From: Octopus bimaculoides | Taxonomy: Eukaryota | DNA: 64,000 bases | Direction: 5' to 3' | Assembly (NCBI RefSeq): GCF_001194135.2 | Contig: NC_068992.1 | Span: 66,289,427-66,353,426 of the forward strand | Shown: positions 13,101 to 27,030 of the stretch, one piece after another | How the letters are laid out: every line of letters starts with the position of its first letter | How positions within the stretch are numbered: position 1 is the first letter of the stretch | Program-made: the position numbers and the translations under genes | The notes under the pieces: model-generated | What the model saw: the letters and a program-made list of their open reading frames with translations, nothing else | Databases searched by the model: none | What the model was told of the DNA's origin: nothing

Positions 13101-16093
13101 TATGTATCTGTATCTTTGTGTCTGTGTTTGTCCCCCCAACATCACTTGACAACCGGTGTTGGTGTATTTATGTCCCCATAACTTAGCAGTTTGGCAAAAG
13201 AAATTAATAAGTACCAGGCTTGAAAACAAAAGTACTGGGGTCACTTCATTTGTCTAAAAATTATTCCAGCATGGCCACAGTCCGATGCCTGAAACGTGGT
13301 AAGAGATGAAAGACGTGTGTGTGTGTGTGTGGTCGGCCCAGCAACTCGAGGAACAGTCTTCACAAGGTGCAACAATTCCCAAATCCACCCAAATTCCACT
13401 GAGGACAATGCTGCTGTGGTGCACTGTATGGGATGTTGTGTTGCTGTTTAACTGCATGTCCAATCCGAGCCAGCAAACCTATGATCAGAGCTTTCTGGTC
13501 ATGACCTTGATGATGATAATGTTGATATCATCCTGTGTGTCCTTCCTCTTTTTGGTTTGTATTTCTTGTAGTTTGAGTTACCATATATAGACTTCCCCAT
13601 GAAGTGGCTTCTACAGAGGCAAGCAAGATTCTCTTTGTTCAAGCAGCATGGTTGTTCTTCTTCCTCTTCATACTTTTATTCATTCTGTAAATTGTGTGTG
13701 TTTGAGAGAGATCTGTGCAAGATATATTGGCGCCATATATATGACCGTTTGGCTTGTTGATAACAATGATGGAGATATAATATTTAATATCACCTTCTCA
13801 CTGTGTTTTCCTCTCTACTTAAATAAAAGTCGTTATAAACAAAACGAAAAACATTTCAACAGATCTTGTGGAAATATTAAGTTTATCTAATTGAAATGTG
13901 GAACATTTTCACTCTCTTCTCTATTATTTTACTTTCAAATACTTCTTGTTGAAAGAGAGATTGTCTAATTGGTTTATATTGCAAACCAGTTTCTCATATA
14001 ATTAACCATTATTCATAAGATACGGAAGAGAAATAGTTCTGATAAAGTAAGATACATCGAAAAATTTTACAATATTTGCTGTGAAAATTAATGAAAATTC
14101 TCAGAGGAAATAGCAAAGCTTCAAAATTAAATATTGGTTATTGTGTGTGTGTGTGCACGTGTGTTTAGTGCAAGTACTTCTGCAGATATGTTTATAAATA
14201 AAAGATAATTTGGATTGTAACATATGAAATGATTTTTTTAAAGCTATTTTCAATTTAGATTAAAAAAGAAATATCTAAAGAAAAAAACACATCCCTTAAT
14301 TGCTATCATTTTTTTCTTCTCTCGTTTCTTTATCTGCTGTCAAAATCTTTATTATTTTATGTGTTAATATAGTTTTATCTTGTTATCTTTCTCTTTGAAT
14401 GTAATCTATAATCATCAAGACAGCATGGGAAAAAAAAATGATATTGTCTCTAATCAGTGGTTCTTAAATAAGTCTGAAAAAGAAGTGTTGTTGGGGGCAG
14501 AGGGGCAGGAGACAAACCATTTCAAAACTTGCAAAACTGAAAGGAAATCTGTGAGGACATAGAATGGACTCTTTGGAGACATTATCTCTTTGATACTTTC
14601 ACTGATATTGCTAATTCCTTTCTATGATTGGCTCCAGAAGTCCTAGAGGAATCCAAGTCCAAAAATGTCTGCTGTTTCAGAATTGAGAGTCTGTTTTCTG
14701 CTGCTGAAGTTGAACTGTTTTTACTAATAAATGGACTCTGCCAGCATTTTTGTGTGTATGTAGGTGGGTGGTGCAGGTTGGCAGTTGTTTAAAGAATTGT
14801 TTCTATTGACATTCTACCCATGACCATTGTTTGCGTTGCCAGCTAAAGTAACCCTCATATAAATCCACACACAATGGTCCACCTAGGATGATGGATTGGA
14901 GGTACTTCCACATTAGTCTTGTCTCAGTTTGGTTACTGAAGACTTGACCCCAATCATTCTCTTAAATTTCATCTAATCTATCAATTATCATTTTCGTGTT
15001 ATCTAATCTCTGTGCGGATAGCAACTCTGTGTGTGTGTACTAATCTAAGACTTGTAAGAAAAAGATATGGGTAAACTGGCATTGAACTATCTGTTATATA
15101 TAACCATTCAATATAAAAGTAGGCTATTTGATATGGCCTACTTATATATTGTATGGTTCATTAAGCAAGAGGCATTAATTATTCTACATAGTTAAGTGTC
15201 CCTTGATAAACATTAAGTGTTATTTTCACTTCGTGGTTGGAAGGTGAGCATCCAGATATTTGAAGAGAGAGGAGAAAAAGACAGTACCATCCCATAATAA
15301 AGCTGTATAAATGTGCAAATTTACCTGACCATCCAATCTGTATAAGAAGTGTAAAGCCATTTGAAACAAAAACTGAGAAGAAAATATTTGATTAAAGCTA
15401 TAACTGTAGCTGTGTGATGATGAGGATGATGATGATGTATGAGATGTTGTCTGGAATTATGAATATTTCTGATCCATTGGTTTTTATTTTGCAGTTACAA
15501 CCATGTTCTGGGTGAAACATAAAGGTTAGCTGTGTTCAAAACTACCCTTCAGATGTGGGAGTGACCCTGTCTACTTCACCCCCTTCACAGAACAATCCAT
15601 TTTCAGAAGCTGTGGAACTTAGATTGTCCCCCCACACGTACACACATATATATATACCCCATACTACTTGTGGTAAGAGGTGGAGGTGACATTTTGTTGG
15701 ATTTGACCAAATAATAAAACCAATCTAGGTTCATATCCAACAATTTCACTCTTATCTTATCCTCATTTCTCTCCCTCCTTTTTTTCATTTCCAAGTCTCT
15801 CTTACCTCCCTACCATCACCACAGCATATCTCCCACCCACCCACTAAATTCTTGGAATCGTTTTCAATAATTTTGGCTCCAATAATTGTGCCACCCCACC
15901 CCCCGTCAATCTGACCTAGTTCTTTTCTGTTCAGTTCTCTCTCTCTTTCTCTCCCCCTACTTCCTTTCTTTCATGTACTATTTCTTTTTCTCATGCTGAG
16001 ATATTAAAATATATTTCTACCTTCATTATACACCCCCCACTTATACACACACACACACACACATGTGTGTGTATGCATGCATGTGTGTATATA

Positions 16094-16126
<33 letters not shown>

Positions 16127-18887
16127 CTACATATATATATGCATATGTACATACACATATATGTATATATAGATGCATACATGGGTACAGGACGTCAAAC
16201 ACACACATACATATATTTCTAGTAACATTCATACCTTTTCCTTTTTCCCTAAAATACCTAATCAGCTGCATTGTCTGTCTGTATGAGGAGGGTGTCACCA
16301 AAGTTCTGGATATCTGTTTTTGTTTTCTGTTTAACAATCTGTTCTTAACAAAGCTGTATTAATTGCACTAGTGTTGTCCTGGCACACTAATGTCTACTAA
16401 TATGTCTCCTGCTGACTGCAATCACTGGCTCCTCATCACATATATTCCTCACCTTCTCACCTTCTCCCTGATTATCTGCTGCTCTAGATGACATTTAACT
16501 CACTTTGAATGCATCGGTTTGTCATCCGTTTGCCAAAGTTAAGCAACATTGAGCCTAGTGATGAGTACTTAGATGGGGGACCACTTGGGGGACCCAGCAT
16601 CTTACACTTTAAGGCGGCGAGCTGGCAAAATTGTTAGCATGCCGGGTGAAATGCTTAGCAGTATTTTGTCCATCTTCACATTCTGAGTTCAAATTCCACT
16701 GGGGTCGACTGCCTTTCGTCCTTTCAATCTCAATAAATTAAGTATCAGTGAAACACTGGGGTCAATACAATCGACTCGTCCCCTCCCCAAAATGGTTGCC
16801 TTTGTGGCAAAATTCAAAACCATATGGTGTAGTGGTTAAGAGCGCCGGCTACTAACCCCAAGATTCTGAGTTCTATTCCAGGCAGTGACCTGAATAATAA
16901 TAAAATAATAATAATAATAACAACATCAAAAAATGCCTTAGGAATGAGAACCCAGGTTTGAAATTTCCCCAAGACACCTGTTGAAGGCTGGAGGGTATAT
17001 CAGCTGAAACGTTGTGTTAACAAACAAGATGAGGACAAATATCCGTCAAATGTAAATAATGTACATAATTCCTCATCTCTTAAATATAGAACTGTATCAT
17101 TATTATTAAAGAATTGAAGAATATTTTGAGTTCAGTTTGTGCTTGGTTCAACTTTTCAAATGTCTGGGAGTTTATATATGTACCAGTTGCGTTTTGGTTT
17201 TCATTAACTCAACTGCACTGCTTCTGTCAAACTGTGGCATTTAATCAGCCACACCTTCCAGGATGAATTAAAGACCAGCAGGCACCAGTAATATACTGAC
17301 CATGATCCCGTCCATTGGCTTTTGCCAAAAAGCAGAAACCTTTGTTGTTATTTTTAGGGGAGGTGGTGCAAGTCGTAGTTAAATAAGCGCCAGTTATTAT
17401 CAACGGTGGCTGTGTAATCAGCTTTTATAGAGATATAGCCTTCTCGAATTTTGTAGCCTTGTATTGCTGTCAGAAGAGATGATGATGATGATGATGATAA
17501 TAATAATAATAATTGTACTTGGGCTAGATATAATGAAGTAAACCCCTGCTTTGAAATATGTGGCCTTGTACCTCTTATATCAGAATCGACAAAAGCTCGT
17601 TGTTTCTAAGATAACCAATCTATTTTTGTCTTTTATAACTGCAGCAACATTTTTGTTCTCTGCCCAGAAAACTATTCCATTCTTCATCAGAGATGTTAAC
17701 TTCCCCCTTATATAACAAAAACAACAGCAACAAACAAAGTCACACTAACATCTTATCTATCTTCCTTACAATCTCCACTCTCAACGTCTTCTCAGCCAAC
17801 ACCAATACAAGTTTTGGCTTTCTTTTTTAGCATTTAACTTTTTCATGTCTTATTTCTTATTTTTTTAACTGTTTTTTTTATAACCCAGTTAATAGGAGGA
17901 TCACCTCAAATATTCTTAACCATTCTCTGATGTTACTAATCTGCACACACACACACACACACACACACATTCACTCATACACACTACACTTGAACATTCA
18001 TACACGCACTCGTACGCACGTATGCATACACTCACAAGAAATACACACACACACACACACTCACACACAATATTTATTTTCAGTTTGCATTCATTCAAAA
18101 ATTAAGTTTTGCTTTTAATGGTTTAAACTTTAGTTTTGTTTTAACATTAACAAAAAAAAAAAAAACATTTTAATTTTAATAAACCTCTACTGCTGCTGCT
18201 GCTGCTACTAATACTACTACTACTACTGCTACTACTACTAATAATAATAATAATGATTTATTGAATTTTTTTTTTTTTTTTGCTTTAATAAATATGTTAT
18301 CTAAATGTATACAGTATCTGTGTGTATCATCCTCATTGTTGTAGACATTTGAAACTGCTGCTGCTGTGGGTTTGATAGATCTACTGCACTACAATATATT
18401 GCCACTGGGAGCTCTCTTTTGTCATTTCATCCATCACATACAATACTCTTCCATCTGAACTCATCGTTTTCTTCTTGCACCATCATCTTCAATTCCTTTC
18501 TCCTACATGTTCCCTCCATCATCATCATCATCATCATCTTTGGTCTCCTTCCTCCACATGTTCCCTCCATCAATATCCATCTCTGGCTCTGTCCCATTTG
18601 TAATCATCATTCACCAACAACTGATGCCTTTCATGTCCAGACCCTCTCTCAACTCACCACAGCTCAACCGTTCATGTAAATTAACATTACACACCTACTG
18701 AATCCATTCTACCTGATTCATTTCTCTCCAGCCTCCACAGATCTTTGTTGTAGCTGCTAGCACGTGTGTGTGTGTGCGTGTGCACGTTCTTTTGCCTACC
18801 TTCAACTCACCTGGCTAACTGAAAGTATCAATTACATATAGCGTGACCCATATAAACAGTTGATAATCTTCAATTGGTTCTCACTCT

Positions 18888-18955
<68 letters not shown>

Positions 18956-21009
18956 NNNNNNNNNNNNNNNNNNNNNNNNNNNNNNNNNNNNNNNNNNNNN
19001 NNNNNNNNNNNNNNNNNNNNNNNNNNNNNNNNNNNNNNNNNNNNNNNNNNNNNNNNNNNNNNNNNNNNNNNNNNNNNNNNNNNNNNNNNNNNNNNNNNNN
19101 NNNNNNNNNNNNNNNNNNNNNNNNNNNNNNNNNNNNNNNNNNNNNNNNNNNNNNNNNNNNNNNNNNNNNNNNNNNNNNNNNNNNNNNNNNNNNNNNNNNN
19201 NNNNNNNNNNNNNNNNNNNNNNNNNNNNNNNNNNNNNNNNNNNNNNNNNNNNNNNNNNNNNNNNNNNNNNNNNNNNNNNNNNNNNNNNNNNNNNNNNNNN
19301 NNNNNNNNNNNNNNNNNNNNNNNNNNNNNNNNNNNNNNNNNNNNNNNNNNNNNNNNNNNNNNNNNNNNNNNNNNNNNNNNNNNNNNNNNNNNNNNNNNNN
19401 NNNNNNNNNNNNNNNNNNNNNNNNNNNNNNNNNNNNNTCTCTCAAATGTCCCTTTGCACCTATTATTACCTATTCCTTTCCTACAAATTAAACCAGGTTA
19501 TATTCCTCACACACACTGCTGCCATTTACAACTCTCGTATATTAATTCAAACTCTTGGCCTTATAAATCATTTTCTAAGCCATTCTTTTTGGTCTGGAAC
19601 TTATTCTGCAGTTCTATGAGAGTCTACAATAATAACCAGGTCATCATCTTATAAACGTTCCAAGGACATCCAGACTTGAACTTGAATATTATTGTTCTAT
19701 ATCAGCCGAAACGTTGTGTTAACAACAAACAAGATGAGGAGAAATATCCGTCAAATGTAAATAATGTAAATAATGTTAAATATTATTGCCTAAAAAACTT
19801 TAAGTAGTGGTAGGGGGGAGGGGCTGAGGACAGAGCCTTGGTGAGGGGCTGTCTCTGCATTAAATTAGTCTCTGGCCACATGCTACCAGTTTTACTCTCA
19901 CTCATGCCTCATTTGTGTATGTGAACAACACAATTGTTATAATGTTTATCTTTAGTTTGTTTCCTGGCCCCACCATGCTCAAGAATCCTGCCAAAGGCCA
20001 GCTTTGGATTAACAGAGTTGAATGGTTTGTTCTTAGCCATGATCTTCTCTTGCAGTTGTCTCACTTTCAATATAATCTATATGCTTCCATGTCCAGGCAA
20101 TATACTAAATTACATGGTAACCAAGCTAAACCAATCTTGTACTAAATTCTCAGCCACTTTCACTTTCAGTTCTACCAGTTTAAAACCTCTGTCACTCATA
20201 TTTTCCTAATATGTGTTAATGATAATAATAAATGCCCTGATGCAGTACCAGGCAGTGGCCCTTATGGTTTCTGGTCTTAACTGATTGGAAGTGTGATCAT
20301 GTCCATTGTTTTGTGTTGGTATAAAAGATGGGCTACAACAAATATTCTGCTCAATACCAGAGGATAGTTGCTTGACCTTAACCAGTTCAACATGTCCCTT
20401 TGTGGTTGACGATATGTGCATCTCTGATCACGAGCAGAAGTAGTAGGGGAGCATCATGGCCATGTGTTGAGAGGAATCCTTTGGGGTTTGAATAATTCAC
20501 CTCTGGAAACATGGGTGTTTCGTTCAACATCCTTAGGTAACTCTTATTCAGAGACCTTTTGAGCAGGATGTTCCAAAATGGTTCTCATCTTCATCCCAGT
20601 GCTATATGAGTGCTGTGTCATGGCCGTAGCCTCTATACACATCGTTGTATCCTTCCTGGTGATTGCCAACCTGACCGTTACAATTGGTAACTGATGCTAT
20701 CATCTGACCTATCACTGACCTAGTAACTGTGATGTCATGATTACCCAATCATTCCTTCAACCCTAACCCTAGTCTCTCCACCCTGGAGTTGTCATCCTTC
20801 TAGAAGAAATCCAATTTGTGTCCCTTACTTGTGAGGAGTCAATCTGAAACCCCTTCTCATTCTTTCTCCCTTTTTGTATGCAAGACATAGCCACTCATTC
20901 ATTCCAACTATCTCACCTGATCTACCTTTCATTAGACCAACATTAGCTAGTGGCACACCTGAGATGAAGAAAACTTAGTTATTTTGGAGTTTGTTCAGTG
21001 ACAATTGAA

Positions 21010-21070
<61 letters not shown>

Positions 21071-22696
21071 CAGTCTGGTTATCACAACCAGTTGTTGTAT
21101 TTGGTACGACTGCACTCTATGGTTTATGGTCAGAGACTTTACCACTGTCTCTCACTAGCAGAGGAGTCTGGCTGTATGTATTGTACCAGAAACCCTACAG
21201 GGTCTGTTTGGCAGGGCCAAGGACCTTCTCCAATTTGTATCAGTTTTGTATCAGAGTAGCCACCTTCCAAGGTAGATTTCTTCACTTCTCTTCTTGTAAA
21301 ATGCCATTTTATGTTAATGCATTTCTTGAAAATGTCCTGTTTCCTAAACCAGGTCACATCTTTTCATTTCAGTTAATAAAATGAAAGGAGAGCAAAAACT
21401 GTGAAGTAGGAGGCAGGTCATATGGAAATTGACCAATGAAAGCAGGAGATACCAAGTGGGTGTGGTGAAAGGGGGGATGGGGCATTGGGACACCTAATAA
21501 ACATAATTAACAAATGAAGTTGATTAATTAGAACGAGAAATAGAAGAGGATGGAATAAGTAAATGACATTGGATAGAAGAAGAATGGTAAAGGAAAAGTT
21601 ACAATGGGAAGGTGAAGATTTAGTCTAAGAGAAAGAGCCAAATATAAGAATGAGGATGGAGTGGGGTAGATTACTGAAAGACCCACCCACTCCTGTCTGA
21701 ATACTTAACAAGATTTCTAAGTAATCAGCATTCTGGGAAGTTGATTAATTAGAACAGAAACGGTATGAAAATCAGGAACCTACAAAGAAATATTGAATGT
21801 TATAATAGAGAACAAGGAATTTACAATAGCTATGGCCAATTTGAACACAGAACAGGTAGAATATTTAGGCCAGATACGGTCAGTTTAAATTCTAAAAGAA
21901 ACTATTCATACAGACAGAAATTTTAAGTAAAATAATTTAGTCGTCAAGTATAGTAAGTCTGAGAGCGAAAATTTGGGTAATGATGCCCAAAATTCCATTC
22001 TTGAACTTTGTACACTCACACACACACACCAAATAATGTTAGAAATTAAGAAGCAGGCCTAGTTTGGTGTCAGTTGTTTCTGAGTTCAAATCCCGACAGA
22101 GAAACCATCTCTCTAGGCTCTGATAGAATATGTAATAATAATAATAATAAATAACACTAATGCTGAGGACCAGCCTACTGTTTACAATGTCTTAAGGGTT
22201 GGTAAAGGAAAATAGATATGTCGGGGGGGGGGGGTAATCTGTATTCTGTGATAATACAATTTTATGAAAAAATTTTGCTCTTTTCTCAAATCTAATCTTG
22301 TTCTGTTTGTGTGTTGTGGGGTGAATGTGTGTGTGTGTGTGTGTGTATGTTTGTGTGCGTGCGCGCGTGTGTGTATGTGTGCGCGCGCGCGTGTGTGTGA
22401 GCATGCGTATTTGTTCTAATAAATAGCGAAAATTTATTTTCTTTTGACATTTCATTTATTCATTACATTTCACTTCAAACTTGGTGGTTATATTTGATAA
22501 GTATATATGTTTAAATCTTAGTTTTCATGGTTATATGTTTTTATGCTGTATATAAATGTTTTTATATATATGTTAATATATTTATGTGTCTATGTAATAT
22601 GTATGTAACACATGCACATATGTGTGTGTCTGTGTGTCTGTTTTATATAACACACATATACACAAATGTGTGTGTGTGTATAATGTATGCATATTC

Positions 22697-22735
<39 letters not shown>

Positions 22736-22746
22736 CTACATGTATG

Positions 22747-22819
<73 letters not shown>

Positions 22820-25800
22820 ATGTATATATATATATGTATACACACACACACACACATGCAGACACATGTATGTGTGTGTACTTTTTTTATTAACAGATAA
22901 ATTTATTGATATGTGTTCTTATATTTTGCAGCTTGTAAGAAAAGATGACCATTTAAATTATCGTAAAATTAAAAATAGTAAGTATGTGGTGGGTGGGTTT
23001 TATTTTGTTTGTTTTTATTTTTAACTACTTTCAACAACTGCAGTTTTAATAATGGTGACAATAAAGGAAAGAGAGGTACTTTCTAATTTCATAACATGGC
23101 TATAGAAATGTTTTACGCAATGTCTGTGTTTGTATGTATGTGTGTAAGAGAGTGTGAAAGGGAGAAACAGAAGTCTGACAAAGTTTCTTTTGGGATTCTT
23201 CCTGTTGATGGCCCCCTAATCCCAGCAGTTCTGCTAATAGTCTACCTCTGTGGTTCTCAACCAGAGTCCATGTAAGGTTTTGCTTGTTAACATTTATGTA
23301 CAATAAAATGATTTTATGTCTACTGTAACAAGTCGTAGAAGGCAGCAATATGACGTAATGGTCGTCTGCCCGAACAAGCATAATATATGGTATCCCATTG
23401 GTTAAAATTACTGCCCATATACGAATTCTAAACTTTCGTCTAAGAAATCTTTCATGAAATACGGTTCTTAGAATTCAGATATGAACAGTATAAAAACCCT
23501 GATTTTTGGGAAATTACTCAGTGATCATAGGGTGTTATTAAACTCCACGACACTCACTCTTTGAGATATTGGCTATTTTATTTGCCATGTCTATGACTTA
23601 AATCCAACAAGACTTATTTGAATTGTTGCGAACTCTAGTAGTTAGTATGAAGAATTGGCTCGTGTGAATTTTTTAGTCGTAATTCTCTACGACAGAATGA
23701 CTTTACTTCCCAATTGTACTATAAATGCTAAATGTACATGAATAAACTAATGTAGTAATTATTTTCTCTTTCTTCACGTTCTTCAACTTGTGAATGGAAT
23801 TTATTTCTGCAATTATGAAACTGTATTTTTTTTATAGCAGTTAAAAGAAGACAAATTTATTTATCTTCAACATANNNNNNNNNNTTCAACTTGTGAATGG
23901 AATTTATTTCTGCAATTATGAAACTGTATTTTTTTTATAGCAGTTAAAAGAAGACAAATTTATTTATCTTCAACATACATGCAAGCATAAAATGTCCGTT
24001 AGCGTTTCAGAGTATATATTTCTCGCTATGGCGTTTATGTAGCTGGAGCCAAGATGTATGTATAATGATAACACTTATACTGCAATGCACAAAATATTTT
24101 AACAGTATTTTTATACAATTTCTAAGAATATTTAATTATAAAACTATAACAGGATTCTTTTGAACATGGAATGGTGATGAGGGTCCATAGGTAAACACTG
24201 GTTTAGCCTAACAGTCCTCTCTCTCTCTCTCTCTCATTCACCATTGCCTGTCCTTGTCCACTTCCTTGAACTCCTGTTACCGTTTCCTATTCTTATATTT
24301 CACACCTGAATCATTACCATCAGAGATGATTCCTGCTGGACACCCAAAATACTGGGGCCTTCCCTCATAGATATCAAATGTCGAAAGAAACAAGATATAG
24401 AACTGCATGATGTGATGATGTTCATGCATTTCTGAATTTCACCATTGAGTGAAGTGACATTGGTTTAGGAGTCCTGGTCACTACTTTATGCTGTTGGTCA
24501 CTGGCCACTACTCCAACAATTGAATATTGATTTCATTGGTTTTATTTAATTTTATTCTCTTTTTTCAATTTAGATTTCTATGTTGACATAAAGCCAGTTT
24601 CTCGTTATGAACTCCACCCCTGCAGCTGCTCAGCGAAAAATGCAGAGAAAGGGGGATGTGGAGATGAGTGTCTGAACAGGTAAGTCTGTCTGAATACCAG
24701 TAATATATCATGTATGAGTGGCTCCCTTTTTTGTTCACTTCCTCTCTAGAAAAGTGGTAGCCTAGAGTGGTTTTAATCTCAGCATTGTAATAATGAAATT
24801 TCTCTTCCTATATTCTTTGTGTGTTTGTTCAAGTTGGTCTGTACATGTGTGTGTGTGTGTGTGTGTGTGCCTTCTTTTGACCTTTCAATATAAAAGTCAA
24901 CAACAGCTTTACAGTAGAAATGCTATGTGGAGGCTATTGTGACAGTTTTATTTTCATAAACCTCCTCCACCCACTCCCCATTAATTTGTTTTTAATTGTA
25001 ATATAAATCAGATGGATGTCCTCTTCTGTTATTAGGTCACCACTTAACACTATTGTTTGTCTGTCTGTTGTCTAGTCAACATTAATTGCACAGGGGTGGA
25101 CAGTACCACTCAGTGGACAAGGCCATTAAGATTTAAGTATATTTACTAAGGGGACACTAACACACACACACACACAGAGAGTAGAGCTTCAGAGTCTAAT
25201 GAAACATTTCCTTGGAATTCTTTTGCAAATGGTTAAAATCTGGGACAGGAAAACCACCCAACCCATTCTTTGGTTAAACTGTGGATAGGAATCTAGTAAG
25301 GAAGCCCTCCAATTGCATTGTGACGGATAAGTTTGAGTCAATGAACCAAATAGCAAGATTTGAAGAAGCTTATAGGTCTAAACATTAGATGATGTGGTGG
25401 AGTACCAAAGAGCTGTTACATTCATCCTCATTCTGTCCCACCCATGGATTTGCCTGTTTCTCTTCCTCTTCCACACTCCAATATACACAATAGAGTTCAT
25501 CCCCACTTACTCTCCTTCTCCCTCCCTATGAAATTTTCTGGGGGTTTTTTTTTTTTTTTTTTTTTTTTGCAGTCAATATTTGATTACTTTTTTTCATATA
25601 ACTGTCGCTGCTCAGAGTAACCCCTGATTTTGGGGTTTCTTTGAACAGTAATGTTTTTTTCTCTTATATTCAAAAGTTGATTATGTTATTTTCCATTAAC
25701 TGTTGTAAGAGTCATTTTTAAGTGCTGGAAATACGAGGATATTTCTGCACCACTCAAACCTGCTCTGGATCTTTTGATATTTTGGCACAGGCATGATACT

Positions 25801-26996
25801 AATTGGGATTTGCTTCGCTTTAAAAATGAATTACACCATTCAGCTGAAGGAAAATTATTTTTAAATTGCGTTACTATGCAACCTTAAGCTGTGATATAAA
25901 GAGGAAGCAAAATATTATATTTTGTTCAAAGTTACCCCTTTTCATGGTGCCACAAATCCGGTTCAAACTGAACATCAGGTCACGTCACGCATTTACCTTG
26001 ATTTGGTTTGATTTTCAGCCTTGGATGAGATCATTGTGGGAGTTTATCATGTGTTTTTGTGTTGATGTAAATGGGTACAGCAGACAAAAATACCTTGTGG
26101 TATTTAGGCACTGAATTACATCGACAACCCTTTACATTTAGTATGCAGTATAGACTTTTAAATAAGTCTTGAAATTATGGCATGGATGACGGAATATTTT
26201 GCTCCACATTGAAGTTATTTCTTAAGTTTTGTCTACTATTCATGACTGAATTCTTAAATTCTTAAATTTTAGAATGATCTACACAGAATGTTCTCCTGGT
26301 CTATGTCCATGTGGAGACAACTGTATGAATAACCGTTTCCAAAAACATCTTTGGGCGCCGTGCCTAGAAATGTTTTTAACGCCTGATCGAGGTTATGGTG
26401 TCAGATCGTCTCATCATCTTGTCTCTGGTAAGTGTTGAACCTATTTCAGAAGCATATTTCCAATGACCCCTGTTCCTTACTCTTTCTCTCCTCCCCCTCC
26501 CCCCCACACCTCTGTTGGCCAGTAAAAGGTTTACATATGGTTCTGGTCTTGTTAATGTGTCCGTTTGGGTTCAATCTCAGATTGGTGCTAATATAAAATA
26601 TTGTTTATCTCTTTCATTGCACCCCCACTCACATATCATACCAACAATAAAGGGATTTTGGTGTAACTGTAATATTTGTTGTTGTTGTTGTTGTTGTTGT
26701 TTAACCTCTGGCCAGTCCTCATCCAACAGGCCCCTAATCAAAAATGTTAAAGTCAAGATGAGCCAGTCTCTTTTTCCAGGAAAATTATACTCCTCCTCTT
26801 TCCTTCTCAGCCTATTAATAATAAGAATAATGATAATAATAATAATGCCTTCAAATTTTGGGGCAAGGGATCAGTGCTCAACTGGTACTTATTTTATGGA
26901 TGCAGAAAGGATGAAAGACAAAGATGGGGTCAGCAAAACTTGAACTCGGAATGTAAAGATAGATGAAATACCTGAAATACTGCTACCTTAATAATC

Positions 26997-27030
<34 letters not shown>

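Noticed and set aside
16483-16601. Functional 5S rRNA gene
   Set aside because: Many substitutions and indels, no clear terminator, single copy abutting SINEs.
16821-16890. Functional tRNA gene
   Set aside because: 5' acceptor strand missing, anticodon ACT, B box mutated, followed by a SINE body.
20998-21384. Poly-Ala / poly-Cys ORFs
   Set aside because: Arise from the (GCT)n tract; the flanking ASH1L exons already join directly in phase.
22527-23024. 165-aa ORF overlapping the 22932 exon
   Set aside because: Mostly (TA)n/(CA)n translation; only 22932-22977 is supported by splice sites.
23782-23977. 93-bp direct repeat
   Set aside because: Identical copies on either side of a 10-N gap; assembly artefact.
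24408-24436. C/D-box snoRNA candidate (TGATGA..CTGA)
   Set aside because: Boxes are too close together and there is no terminal stem.
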